From Vicinamibacteria bacterium (GTDB taxonomy: Bacteria; Acidobacteriota; Vicinamibacteria; Vicinamibacterales; JAENWD01), in the NCBI GenBank assembly GCA_963764495.1, contig CAVXSR010000022.1:171501-235500 (forward strand): a DNA stretch of 64,000 nt, given 5' to 3'. The notes under the pieces were generated by a model. That model searched no databases. It saw nothing but the letters and a program-made list of their open reading frames with translations, and was not told the origin of the DNA. Position numbers and translations under genes: made by a program. This document shows positions 18,061 through 27,771 of this stretch, piece after piece. Within the stretch, counting starts at the first letter, position 1. The number at the start of each line of letters is the position of its first letter.

Positions 18061-19110
18061 CTACGCGAGCCACCGGTCGAGATTCTCCGCGACGAACGCA
18101 TCGTCCTGAAGATCCGGATAAGCCGCAAGCACGCGATCGATCTCTTCGACTTGGCCGGGTGACAATCCTTCGTGCGGGTCAAGGCACCAGATGCCTTCGA
18201 GCAGGCCCTGGCGCCGCAGCACTTCGTGGATGCCCGCAATGCAGCCGGCGAACGCGTTGCGCGCGTCGAAGAGGGCGCCGTTGGCATCGGTGAGCTGGGC
18301 CCCCAGCGACAGCAGTGCCGTGGAATCGGACCCGTGCGCCTTAATTCGCTCGAGCATCTCGACTGCGCTTTTCGTCCAGACCGCCCACTGACCGAGCAAG
18401 CCGCCCGAGAACCGGATCGGCATCGCCGTCTCGTTGCCCGGGAATGGCGTCAGAAGATCCGCGACAATCGCATCGTCATTCCCCGTGTAAAGCGCAACGT
18501 CGCGGCGTCCGCTCGCGGCCAGCGCCCGCGTCACGTCGAGGGTCTGATAGCGATTGAACGGCGCCACCTTGATCGCAACCACCGCCTCGATCTCGAGAAA
18601 GGCGCGCCAGAACTCGTAATCGAGGGGGCGACCACCCACGCTCGGCTGCAGGTAGAACCCGAACACCGGAATCACCGACGCAATCGTCCGACAGTGTTGG
18701 ACGAGCGCGCTCGTCGAGACCTCCTTCAGCGCCGCCAGGCTGACGAGGCCGGCGTCATAGCCCAAGGCGGCCGCAAGTTCGGCTTCGCGGACGGCCTGGG
18801 CCGTGGCGCCACAGATGCCCGCGATGCCGAGGAAGCGGTTGTCGCCCGGCGCACCCTCCTTGCTCGCGTCGGCGGCCAGCGACAGGACCGGTTCCAGCAG
18901 ACCGACGTCGCGGATTGCAAACTGCGTGGTGTGGACGGCGACGGCAATCCCACCCGCGCCGGCGTCACGATAGTACCGGGTGAGCGCCCGCTGACGGCGC
19001 TCGTTCAGGCCGCGCGCGTCGGTCAAGGCGAGGGGATGCGCCGGGATGACCAGGCCCGACAGCAGCCGTGCACGCAGCCGTGCCAGCGACGCTGCGTCAG
19101 TAGCGGCCAT
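18061..19110 (-). CDS. dihydrodipicolinate synthase-family (DapA-like TIM barrel) protein
   Basis: 349-aa ORF with an alternating beta/alpha pattern (GGIAVAVHTTQF, AIKVAPF). Overlaps the upstream epimerase gene by 14 nt. Confidence 0.7.
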   Translation of the reverse strand: MAATDAASLARLRARLLSGLVIPAHPLALTDARGLNERRQRALTRYYRDAGAGGIAVAVHTTQFAIRDVGLLEPVLSLAADASKEGAPGDNRFLGIAGICGATAQAVREAELAAALGYDAGLVSLAALKEVSTSALVQHCRTIASVIPVFGFYLQPSVGGRPLDYEFWRAFLEIEAVVAIKVAPFNRYQTLDVTRALAASGRRDVALYTGNDDAIVADLLTPFPGNETAMPIRFSGGLLGQWAVWTKSAVEMLERIKAHGSDSTALLSLGAQLTDANGALFDARNAFAGCIAGIHEVLRRQGLLEGIWCLDPHEGLSPGQVEEIDRVLAAYPDLQDDAFVAENLDRWLA

Positions 19111-20128
19111 CTGCCACCTCGAAGTGCGTCGGCTTGTTCAGCGACGCGCCGCCGATCCGGACCCAGTGCACGACCCACGCGAGCAGCCTTTCGAGCGGCA
19201 CGTCGGGCGGGCCAAGCAGCTTCAGGCAACGTGAGGGGTCACTGAGCAGCGCGACCGGCCCCTCGGTCCCGCGGAAGCGCACTGCCTTGCCGAGCTCGCG
19301 ACCGAAACGCGTCGCGACCTCGCGAACCGAGATCCGTTCGGGCCCGGTGACGTTGAGCGGGACGGCCGGCGATGCGCAGAGCGCGAGGCTGCGAATCGCG
19401 TAGGAATTGGCGTCGCCTTGCCAAATCGCGTTCAGCCACCCGACGGTGAGATCGACCTCCTCATCGTTCTGGACGTGGCGGGCGATGTCCACGAGCGTCC
19501 CATAGCGAAGGTCAACGGCGTAGTTGAGCCTGAAGATCAGCACGCGTGTGCCGCGCTCGTACGAGGCGAACTCCACGACCCGCTCGCGGCCCAGACACGA
19601 CTGCGCATATTCGCCGATCGGCTGCGGTGGATCGGTTTCGACGGACCCCGTGCTCGTCGGCGGCACCAGCGGATAGACATTGCCGGTCGAGAACACGACA
19701 AGTCGTGAAGACGAGAAGCGTTCAGCGACGAGCGCCGGCACGACCGTGTTGGTGAACCACGTCAGGTCGGATCGATCCGTGGTCCCGAACTTGCGCCCGG
19801 CCAGATACAGCACGTGCTCGCAGCGCGGGAGCGACGCGAGCTGTGCGCCGTGGGTGAGATCGCAGGCGATCGTCTCGACGCCGCCCTGTTCCAGGGCCTC
19901 ACGGCTGGCTCGATCCGAGAACCGCGATGCCGCAATCACTCGACGGCCCGTTCCCGCCGCATCGGCCGCGCGGCGGACGCGGGTGGCCAGCGTCGGTCCC
20001 ATCTTGCCGCCTGCCCCGACGATCAGCACGTCGCCGGGCAGCTGCGCGAGCGTGTCGATGTCGGCCGCGTTCGGCCTGACCAGCGCCTCGTCGAGCTCGG
20101 CCTCGCTATTGATGCGATCAGGAATCAT
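19097..20128 (-). CDS. NAD-dependent epimerase/dehydratase family protein
   Basis: Start set at MIPDRINSE (ATG 20128) inside ORF 19097..20164. Rossmann motif VLIVGAGGKMGPTLA. Confidence 0.85.
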   Translation of the reverse strand: MIPDRINSEAELDEALVRPNAADIDTLAQLPGDVLIVGAGGKMGPTLATRVRRAADAAGTGRRVIAASRFSDRASREALEQGGVETIACDLTHGAQLASLPRCEHVLYLAGRKFGTTDRSDLTWFTNTVVPALVAERFSSSRLVVFSTGNVYPLVPPTSTGSVETDPPQPIGEYAQSCLGRERVVEFASYERGTRVLIFRLNYAVDLRYGTLVDIARHVQNDEEVDLTVGWLNAIWQGDANSYAIRSLALCASPAVPLNVTGPERISVREVATRFGRELGKAVRFRGTEGPVALLSDPSRCLKLLGPPDVPLERLLAWVVHWVRIGGASLNKPTHFEVADGRY

Positions 20129-20143
20129 GCTGCCATGTGGAGG

Positions 20144-20162
20144 GCGGACCGTCAGGTCCGCC
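20144..20162. repeat. single REP-like hairpin
   Basis: GGCGGACC-GTCA-GGTCCGCC. Same stem as the third unit at 4350-4368. Confidence 0.6.
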
Positions 20163-20167
20163 AATCT

Positions 20168-21091
20168 CTATGCGAACTCCGGACCAAAGATCGAAAACGC
20201 CCGCAGCGCGGACTCTTCGACCCTCCGACGCTGCGTCTCTGCGACCCTTCGACCCTTCGAGTCTTCCGCGGCCGGAGGACGCATCATCCGCGCGAGCGGC
20301 CGTTGTCGCACGAAACCGGACGCGGCGAGCCACTCGTTCCAGCTCGGGTCCGCGTCGAACGCATCGATCCCGATCGGGACGAGGCGCCGACCTCGCGACG
20401 TGTCGAACGAGCGCTCGCGCAATCGGCTCCGATCGGGCGACCACGGTGCCCAGGTGGTGGAACACGCGGCCACTTCGCCCGAACACGTATCCTGCCAGTT
20501 CGGTGTCGACGGTCGCAATCGCGCAGCAATCCGGCCCGGCAGACCACGCCCACTCGAGCACCCGTCGCCGGTCGCCGCCGAACACCTCGAGTCGGCTGAC
20601 GCGATCAAGGTCAGGTCGTCCGGCTCGATCGGGCGGATCGTGGCGACAGCTCCAGCGATTGCCCGTGCCCGCGCGTGTTCGACGAATTTCACATCGTCCG
20701 CGATCCACCGTGTCAGTTTGCAGGTGTCGCGGAATCCGTGTTGATCGTACAGAAGGCGGCCGACCGCCGTTGCGTCGAGGCCGATCGGCCGATCGGGCGG
20801 AAGGGCATTGATGGCACCCAGCAGCAGCCCCGCGCCGAGTCCCTGACGCTGGAACGCCGGATCGACCAGCATCATCGCAATCCAGCCGAACTCGCCGTAC
20901 CCGATGCCGATGCAGGTGCCGACGAGGCCGCCCTCGGCCATGGCGCAGAAGCTGGCGCCCGGTGTCATCCCGATGGCGACGCGCCAGTCTTCCTCACGCT
21001 GATTCCAGCCGGCCTCGTTGCTGAGACGCAGCGCCGCCTGGACATGAGCGGCTGTGAGAAGGCGGATCGTGACAGCGGGCGAGAGCGGCAC
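20168..21091 (-). pseudogene. two-domain GNAT acetyltransferase with an out-of-frame central segment
   Basis: The N-terminal GNAT core (QRQGLGAGLL) and the C-terminus (VPIGIDAFDADPSWNEWLAASGFVRQRPLARMM...FGPEFA) are in the ORF frame. The central conserved-looking segment DLDRVSRLEVFGGDRRRVLEWAWSAGPDCCAIATVDTELAGYVFGRSGRVFHHLGTVVARSEPIARALVRHV reads in the frame of ORF 20118..20708. The frame switches lie near 20605-20618 and 20385-20400. Confidence 0.65.
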
Positions 21092-21116
21092 TCGCCCGAT
21101 CGTAAGTCGAGACGGC

Positions 21117-21172
21117 CTGCAGTAGGGCCCGACTTTAATCGGGCCCTACTGCAGTTGTCGGCCTACTGTATT
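21117..21172. repeat. REP-like hairpin plus partial flank
   Basis: CTGCAGTAGGGCCCGAC-TTTAA-TCGGGCCCTACTGCAG, then GGCCTACTG. Confidence 0.85.
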
Positions 21173-23325
21173 CAGGGTGCCGGACATCCTACGGGGACAG
21201 TGAACGACTCCTTGATCGTGACCTTCGTGCCCTTGAACGTGGCGGACGCGCCCACGCCAACTCCGTATTTGGCGAACCCTCGCCAGATCAGGCAATCGAC
21301 GCTGGCGGAGCGGCCTGGAGAATCCCGTCGCGCATCTGCTCGAACTTGGGGTTGGCCGGGGTGTAGTTCATGCCGTCCACGAGGTAGTCGAGCAACTCGT
21401 CGGTGGTGTGCCCGGCTGTGGCAAAGACCTCGCCGAGCCTCCAGCCGATGGCGCCGTAGATCTCACCATCGAGATGGACCTCGGTACCGGAGAAGCTCTT
21501 GTACGTGCGCGGGTATTCGCGATAAGGTGCTGTCCGGATCCCATCGGCTCGAAGCCGGAATACTCGCCGACCTTGTCGTCCTCGTTCAGCAGCACGGCGA
21601 GCACGTCGCTCATGCCTTCCCCAATTGCGCCAGACATGACGCCGCCCATGCTGCCGATCATCCGCCACGTCAGCCCGTGGCCGTACTCGTGGTAGACGAT
21701 GTCGGAATCGAGGTCGCCGTCGCGTGAGAGCGGTGCGGGATTGGTGTGCCGAATAGTGACGCTCACTGGCCCACGGCCTTGAGCGCCGTTCCCGCGGCCA
21801 TCTCCACGAACACCGACGGGATCGTGATGCCGCTGCCGGTGCCGCCAATGGTGAAGACGCTGCCTGGCTCGTTGTTCGCAATGATGACGCCGACAGCGCC
21901 CGCGCGCTGCGCGTTGAGGATCTTGTCGGCGAAGGTGCAGGCGCCACGATCAATCAGCGCGATTCGGTTCGTCAGCGAATTGCGCGCCAGGCGCTGACAG
22001 GCGTCGGCGGTCGGGGCGCTGCCATCATTGACGAGCGCGATGTTCGCCATGATGCCCGTAGCGGTGAGAGCCGGTCCCAGCGCCGATCCGGCCGCCGCAT
22101 AGATCGTATGCGTCGTGTTGACCTCGACCTGGTGCGTGTCCGGCGGATTCCAGAGATACATCTGCATCCGCGGCGAGCTGCCGTCGGCGGGCGTGGCGAA
22201 GTTGGCGTTGTCCGTCCCACTGCCGTCCTGCGCCTCCGCGTTGACGGGATCGTTGCCCGACCCGCCGTTGCCGAAGTTGTTGATCTGGAAGTTGCCGGCA
22301 GCCTCATCGAAGCCGTGGCCATAGAGGTCGTCGTGAATCGCGTTGTTCAGGTAAAACAGGTTTTGGACGGCGACCGCCTTGTTTCCTGTAGTGGATGGCT
22401 GGGCCGAAAGATTGGCTGTCGTCGTGAAGTTCCCGCCGCTGACCGTCGCGCCGCCTGAGTCCGGTGCGTTGTTGGCATCCGTGTCGAGGTAGGCGTGCAC
22501 ATTGTTGCCGCTGATGTTGAACGTCGTCTGCGTTCCCGCTCCGAGCCAGCCAGTGGGCGACTCCGCGTTTCCCGCGCCGGGGCCGCTGACCACGGCCTGA
22601 GGCGTGGCGGACGGATTCTTCCTGAACACGTTGTATGTGTCCGTGCTCGTGCGCTGCTCGACGGCGATGACGCTGTTGTCCGCGCCGACCAGCGTTTCGT
22701 GCAGCAGGTTGTCGGCTGCGCTCCACGTCTCGACGACGAAGCCGGCGCGGAGCTGCGCGGCGCCGTACGGCACCGCGACTCGGGTCACTCGCGGTCCGCG
22801 ATAGAAGAACGGCGTGCGGTTGAACACCGCGCGGTTGCCTTCGCGCTGGCTCAAGCCAGGCGCCGCGACCGCGCCGCGGTACAAGTGGCGAAGGGCCGCG
22901 GCGAGCGCGGGCTCGTCACCACCGGCCAGCTTGTTGAACGATCGCACCGGCACGAGGTTTTCGATGATGCTGGTGAGTTGTCCGCTCGCGTCAACCGACG
23001 CCTTGACGTAGACGCCGTACACGTCCAGCCCCTCAACGCGCTGAACGAACCGTGCGTGGGTGACGCCGGTCCTCGGCGACCGACCCTCCGAGACGAGCGC
23101 GAGCGACTCAACCGTCGCCTGACTGTGACCTTGGGCGCGCAGGTAGCTGCGAACGATGTCGATGGCGGTGGCGCGGGATGTTCCAGTCAGCGCCTTATCC
23201 GCACTGCCTCGCGCGATGCGCACGTCCGGAGGGCTGAAAGGCGCTGCGCCCTGCGCAAGAGCTGCGGACGTCAGCGAAAGGACACCGGCGATTGAAAGCG
23301 CGCAGACACGAACCTTCAGGGACAT
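21172..23325 (-). pseudogene. M36 (fungalysin-type) metallopeptidase with PA-domain insert, three frame changes in the catalytic half
   Basis: ATG at 23325 ([24 protein letters not shown]), then the propeptide and PA domain ([30 protein letters not shown]), read to a stop at 21763. HEYGHGL and EGMSD are in the frame of ORF 21368..21766. GIRTAPYREYPRTY...VHLDGEIYGAIGW...RDGILQA is in the frame of ORF 21288..21953. CLIWRGFAKYGVGVGA...CPAP* is back in the first frame and ends at 21172. Confidence 0.8.
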
Positions 23326-23468
23326 AGCGGTCTCCGGTAGGGATGAAGAACTGTGAAACGGTGACGAACCGCGCGTATGCCGGGGGGAAGCAGCGAGATC
23401 AGTGTAGCTGAGCTGGCAGAGAAGCGCCAGCCGGCAGCTGTTTGCGGGTCGAGGCTCGGTGGGTCGCG

Positions 23469-23969
23469 TCAATTGACGACCCTGAAGAATCCTCTCCACG
23501 CGGCGTCGGATCCGATCAGGACGTCGACGCGATAGATGCCAGCGGCTGGTGAGCACCTTGAGCTCCCATGTGGAGAACGGCACGCTCCCGACGCGCGCAG
23601 TGTCGTTTTCACTGGCTTGGTCTCGGCCAGTATCCGGTTGTCCTGGTCGAAGATGCGAAGCGTGATGAGTGTCTTCAGCCGCTCTTTCGGATCCCATGTG
23701 ACGAAGACCGTCATCAATGGCTCCTGCGTCGAGAACTCCGTCTTCTGGTCGACCGGCTGCGTCCGGCCGCCGTCGCGGAGCACCGTCGAGGCGAACCCGC
23801 CGCTCAGCACATGCCGGCCCATCACGACTGGCGGCGTGAACACGCCCCTCGCTGCAAGATCGGCGAGGGGGCGTCGGCGTGCCGCTGACCGCCGCCAGCG
23901 CCATCGGCGAGATCGCCAGAGTGGGAGCGGCTGCATCAAACCCATTCGCATGATCTGCTGAATCAACAC
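23469..23969 (-). CDS. small secreted protein of unknown function (possible paired indels)
   Basis: C-terminal half is protein-like ([43 protein letters not shown] ... [24 protein letters not shown]). About 15 residues between them read better in another frame ([14 protein letters not shown]). N-terminus uncertain. Confidence 0.45.
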   Translation of the reverse strand: MLIQQIMRMGLMQPLPLWRSRRWRWRRSAARRRPLADLAARGVFTPPVVMGRHVLSGGFASTVLRDGGRTQPVDQKTEFSTQEPLMTVFVTWDPKERLKTLITLRIFDQDNRILAETKPVKTTLRASGACRSPHGSSRCSPAAGIYRVDVLIGSDAAWRGFFRVVN

Positions 23970-24042
23970 GTCCCGTTCGATCGGGCCGGTTATCCCAATC
24001 CTGGCTGAGCTGGTAGATCGGCAGCGGCGCTAACATACCGGG

Positions 24043-24423
24043 ATGCGCCTGACGCGATTGCGTGCCCTCGGGCTGATACTCATCGCGGCCATCGTCACCG
24101 GCTGTCGCACCGGCGTGCCGGTCGTCGACACCGGCCCGAAGCCGCCCACGCGCGATGGCACGATCGCCGGGCACGTGAGCGGCGACGGTGCGACGCCAAT
24201 CGCCGGCCGCGTGGTCCGTGCGATTGCCGTCGAGGGTGGACAGAAGTACGAGGTGACCACCAACAGCGCCGGCACCTACACGCTGAAGGTGCCGCCCGGC
24301 CACTATCGGCTGGAAGTGGAGTTGCGGCCGGGCGAGAAGCTTTCGAAGGAGCCTGGCGAGACGAAGATCAACGCCTCGGACCTCGACCCGAACCGCGACT
24401 TCGTCATCGTGCCCGGGCAGTAG
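24043..24423 (+). CDS. lipoprotein with carboxypeptidase-regulatory-like domain
   Basis: Lipobox [11 protein letters not shown], then the beta-sandwich pattern GTIAGHV...[20 protein letters not shown]. Confidence 0.8.
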   Translation: MRLTRLRALGLILIAAIVTGCRTGVPVVDTGPKPPTRDGTIAGHVSGDGATPIAGRVVRAIAVEGGQKYEVTTNSAGTYTLKVPPGHYRLEVELRPGEKLSKEPGETKINASDLDPNRDFVIVPGQ

Positions 24424-24470
24424 GGACCGACGCCAGCAGCGCCGCGCCAATCGTCACGCACCCCTTTTCT

Positions 24471-25181
24471 TTGCGTGCACAGACACGTGACCCGCGCTAC
24501 CCGATCGATCCGAGTGACCCGATCGACCTGTATGATCGTCTCGTGTCCAGTACGGTATTCCTGATGTCGCCTGCCTATTGCGGGGGCCGGCGGGCGAAGA
24601 TGCTGTTGCGCGAGGGATCGTCACTGGCCCTGGCTGTGAGACTGTCGGAAGGCACGCTGCCGCTCGGCGAGGCGTTCAGCTTCATGAGCGGCCTCTACTT
24701 TCGCGGGAAGGTCGCCTACGCCACGGCGTTCGGCCGCCGTGTCGATCCGGGACCCTCCGCGTTCGTCATTACGCCCACGCGCGGCCTCCAGCCGCCCGGT
24801 GTTCCCGTCAATCGTGGCGTGATCGAGGAGTTTGCGATGCTCGACGTCGCGCACGACGAGCCGCGCTATCGCGATCCACTGGTTGCCGACGCGCGGAAGC
24901 TGGCAGCCGCGCTCGCCGAAGACGCGCGCGTGGTGCTGCTCGGGAGTGTCGCGACCGCGAAGTACCTGGATGTCCTGGCTGATACGTTCCAATCCAGGTT
25001 GTACTTTCCATCCGCGTTCATCGGTCGTGGCGACATGAGCCGCGGCGGATTGATGTTGCGGAGCGCCGATTCGGGTCAGGAGCTCGAGTACATCTCGTTT
25101 GCGTCGGCAACGACACGTCGCGGTCCGCGTCCTCCGAAGCTGGCGCCCCTTCCGAGAGGTGTACGTAGGCCCGAGCTTTAG
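24471..25181 (+). CDS. conserved hypothetical protein
   Basis: 236-aa ORF. Start uncertain (alternative GTG 24543 at VSSTVFLMSPAYCGGRRAKML). The last codons and the stop TAG lie in the loop of repeat 25161-25190. Confidence 0.6.
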   Translation: MRAQTRDPRYPIDPSDPIDLYDRLVSSTVFLMSPAYCGGRRAKMLLREGSSLALAVRLSEGTLPLGEAFSFMSGLYFRGKVAYATAFGRRVDPGPSAFVITPTRGLQPPGVPVNRGVIEEFAMLDVAHDEPRYRDPLVADARKLAAALAEDARVVLLGSVATAKYLDVLADTFQSRLYFPSAFIGRGDMSRGGLMLRSADSGQELEYISFASATTRRGPRPPKLAPLPRGVRRPEL

Positions 25182-25190
25182 CTCGGGCAA
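25161..25190. repeat. single REP-like hairpin
   Basis: TACGTAGGCCCGAGC-TTTAG-CTCGGGC. Confidence 0.85.
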
Positions 25191-25216
25191 ACATTCGCCT
25201 GCGGTGAGAGAGGCGC

Positions 25217-26191
25217 CTACCGCAGCTTCCGAATTCGCTCGATCAGCGCCGGGTCGTTCGGAAAGAGTCCCGCGGCCGGAAGCCGCGGCACCAGCTCGGC
25301 CCATACCGGCTCCTTCGCGAATACCGCTCTGAAGATCAGTGCGGCCTCCGCCTCGCGGCCGATCGACGCCAGCGTCACGGCGTGCCAGAACGGCAGCTCG
25401 AGGATCTCCGGCGCGAGTTGTGCCGCCGCCTTGTATTCCTCGAGCGCCTCCTCGACCTTCTTCTCCGTCATCAGCTCGTCGCCGTGGTTGGCGTGTCCAT
25501 ACGCTCGCTGCAGTCGAAGCAGCCGCTTCAACTCCACGATTGGCTCCGGCGCATCGTCCACGCGCAGATCGAACACGCGGTCCGCGCCGGCCCAGGGCCG
25601 GCCGCTGCTCTTGCCCTTGACGATGAGGATGGCGGCCGATTGGCGTCCGCGAATGTCACCGCCAGCGGCTTGTGCCGCTTCGAGTGCGGCCAGCATGCGA
25701 TCGGCAAGGTCGCCCTTCGTCGATTCGAACCCCTTCGCCATCGCTGGCCACACGCGATCGTTGGCCATGAGGTTGGCCTGCGCTGAAAAGTTGTTGCCGA
25801 CGATGTGGCCTGCGGCCGCGATAGCGGACTTGCCGGTGAAGGCCGAGACACGACCGCTTGCGTCGATCATCGCCACCTGCCGTCCATCCCGTTGCGCGTC
25901 GGCCTTCACGAGCTGGTCGAGCGCGTCCGGCGCCGCGACGCCGCGCCGCATCAGCTCGAGACCGCGCATGCCGTAGCCGGGATCGACAAATGACTGTGTC
26001 GCGATTGCGCCGACACCGGCTTCGGCCCACGTCACAATCGAGCCCACCGAAAACCAGTGGGACTGCACGGCCACGCCCATCTCGCCGGTCGCCGGATCGC
26101 GCGCGACGATTGAGAAGGTGTGGACCAGCGGGTCTGCGTGCACGGCAAGCGGCAGGACGACCAGGACGAGCGCACCCAGCAGTTTTCGCAT
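25217..26191 (-). CDS. DUF1028-family (Ntn-hydrolase-like) secreted protein with helical C-terminal extension
   Basis: Signal peptide, then HTFSIVARDPATGEMGVAVQSHWFSVG, typical of DUF1028 (N-terminal nucleophile after cleavage). Confidence 0.8.
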   Translation of the reverse strand: MRKLLGALVLVVLPLAVHADPLVHTFSIVARDPATGEMGVAVQSHWFSVGSIVTWAEAGVGAIATQSFVDPGYGMRGLELMRRGVAAPDALDQLVKADAQRDGRQVAMIDASGRVSAFTGKSAIAAAGHIVGNNFSAQANLMANDRVWPAMAKGFESTKGDLADRMLAALEAAQAAGGDIRGRQSAAILIVKGKSSGRPWAGADRVFDLRVDDAPEPIVELKRLLRLQRAYGHANHGDELMTEKKVEEALEEYKAAAQLAPEILELPFWHAVTLASIGREAEAALIFRAVFAKEPVWAELVPRLPAAGLFPNDPALIERIRKLR

Positions 26192-26278
26192 GGCGAGGAT
26201 TGTAGCGGCTTGCGCTCAGACTGCACCGGGCCGCCCTCCGGTCATCCGCAATCCCAGATCCGCAATTCGCAATTGCGA

Positions 26279-27718
26279 CTATCTCGAAGGCGGCGGCCCC
26301 TCCGGGATGTACGCCTTGTAGGTGAACCCATCCGTCTGCTTCGCGAACTCCGCACGCACGGCCTCACGCGCCGCCGAGTCGTTCATCAGGTCGACCATGG
26401 TCGTCGAGAGCGTCTTCGCGGCATGCAGCATGCCCTTGTGCCCGATCGACATGCCGCCGGCGGCGACGACGGTCCAGGCATGCCACGGCACGCCGAGCGG
26501 CGCGGTGGTCACCGACACGTGCAGCGTCGGGACGAGCCAGCTGACGTCACCGACGTCGGTGGAGCCGCCTTCCGGCAACTGCCCTTCAAGCGGCTGTACG
26601 GACGCATCGACCCCCTTCTCGGGGACGCCCGCCGATCGCTGCAGTGCGCGCGCGAAGGTCTGCTCGGCGTCGGTGTAGGCAATCGGCCCCAGCCACCGCA
26701 GGTTCTGATCGAGCAGCCGGGCGCCGCTCTGGTTGATCAGGAGCTCGTAGTCGCCGCCCTGCACGGCGACGGTGCTCTCGACGCCGGCAATCTGCGCCGC
26801 GCCTGCTGCGATCTGACGCACGCGCGCGATCACCGCCTCGACGCCGTCGCGCGACTGATCGCGCACCCACAGCCACACGCGCGCGTGTTCCGGCACGACG
26901 TTGGGCACGTCGCCGCCGTTCATGACGTAGTGCATGCGGACCGTTGGCCTGACGTGCTCGCGCAGCATGTTGATGCCGTGGGTGAACGCTTCGGCGCCGT
27001 CGAGCGCGCTGCGGCCGTTCCACGGATCGGCGGCCGCGTGGGCGCTCTTGCCTTTGAACTCGACCGCCAGATCGACGATCGCCTGTGAGCTGGCGACGTC
27101 GGCGCGGGTTCGCGTTTCGGGGTGCCAGGCGAGCATGATGTCTACGCCCTTGAACACGCCCTCGCGCGCCATGTAGATCTTGCCGCCCACGTCTTCCTCG
27201 GCCGGGGTTCCGAAGAACTTGATCGTTCCCTTGAGCGAGCCGTCGGCGACGAGCCGCTTGATCGCGATCGCCGCCCCGAGGCTGGCCGTCCCGAACATGT
27301 TGTGGCCGCAGCCGTGGCCGGGCGCGCCGTCGACCAGGGCTTCCCGCGTCGGCTGGGCCTTCTGCGAGATGCCCGGGAGCGCGTCGTATTCGCCCATGAT
27401 GCCGATGACTGGAGAACCCTGGCCGAACTCGGCGACGAACGCCGTCGGCAGTCCCGCCACGCCGCGGGTGACGCGAAACCCTTCCCGTTCGGCGTAGTCG
27501 GCGAGGACCTTCGACGACTTCGTCTCTTTTAACGCCGTCTCGGCGAACCGCCAGATCTGATCGGACAGATCGATCAGCGTCGCGCGCTGCGCGTCCACTT
27601 CCTGGACCACCCGCTTCTTGAGCGCGACGTCGGGCCCACCTGCCTGCGCGAGCACCGTCGAGGGGACAGCGAGCGCGACGACTCCGATGACAACGATGAC
27701 TCGCAACCGCCGTGACAT
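26279..27718 (-). CDS. M20-family amidohydrolase (AbgB / aminoacylase-like), secreted
   Basis: Start at MSRRLRVIVVIGVVALAV inside ORF 26279..28222. Contains HGCGHN, GTPAEE and the dimerisation-domain pattern. Confidence 0.9.
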   Translation of the reverse strand: MSRRLRVIVVIGVVALAVPSTVLAQAGGPDVALKKRVVQEVDAQRATLIDLSDQIWRFAETALKETKSSKVLADYAEREGFRVTRGVAGLPTAFVAEFGQGSPVIGIMGEYDALPGISQKAQPTREALVDGAPGHGCGHNMFGTASLGAAIAIKRLVADGSLKGTIKFFGTPAEEDVGGKIYMAREGVFKGVDIMLAWHPETRTRADVASSQAIVDLAVEFKGKSAHAAADPWNGRSALDGAEAFTHGINMLREHVRPTVRMHYVMNGGDVPNVVPEHARVWLWVRDQSRDGVEAVIARVRQIAAGAAQIAGVESTVAVQGGDYELLINQSGARLLDQNLRWLGPIAYTDAEQTFARALQRSAGVPEKGVDASVQPLEGQLPEGGSTDVGDVSWLVPTLHVSVTTAPLGVPWHAWTVVAAGGMSIGHKGMLHAAKTLSTTMVDLMNDSAAREAVRAEFAKQTDGFTYKAYIPEGPPPSR

Positions 27719-27771
27719 ATCATTCCTCATCAGCACTGCTGGACTGCTGACTGCTGGACTGCAGCACCGCC

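Noticed and set aside
21763-24450. The full 895-aa extent of ORF 21763..24450, and similar N-terminal extensions of 26279..28222, 60740..62821, 4667..6214 and 7141..7791
   Set aside because: Upstream parts are Arg/Pro-rich and run through neighbouring genes or repeats. Clear signal peptides, ribosome-binding sites or Tat motifs mark internal starts (23325, 27718, 62359, 5965, 7689).
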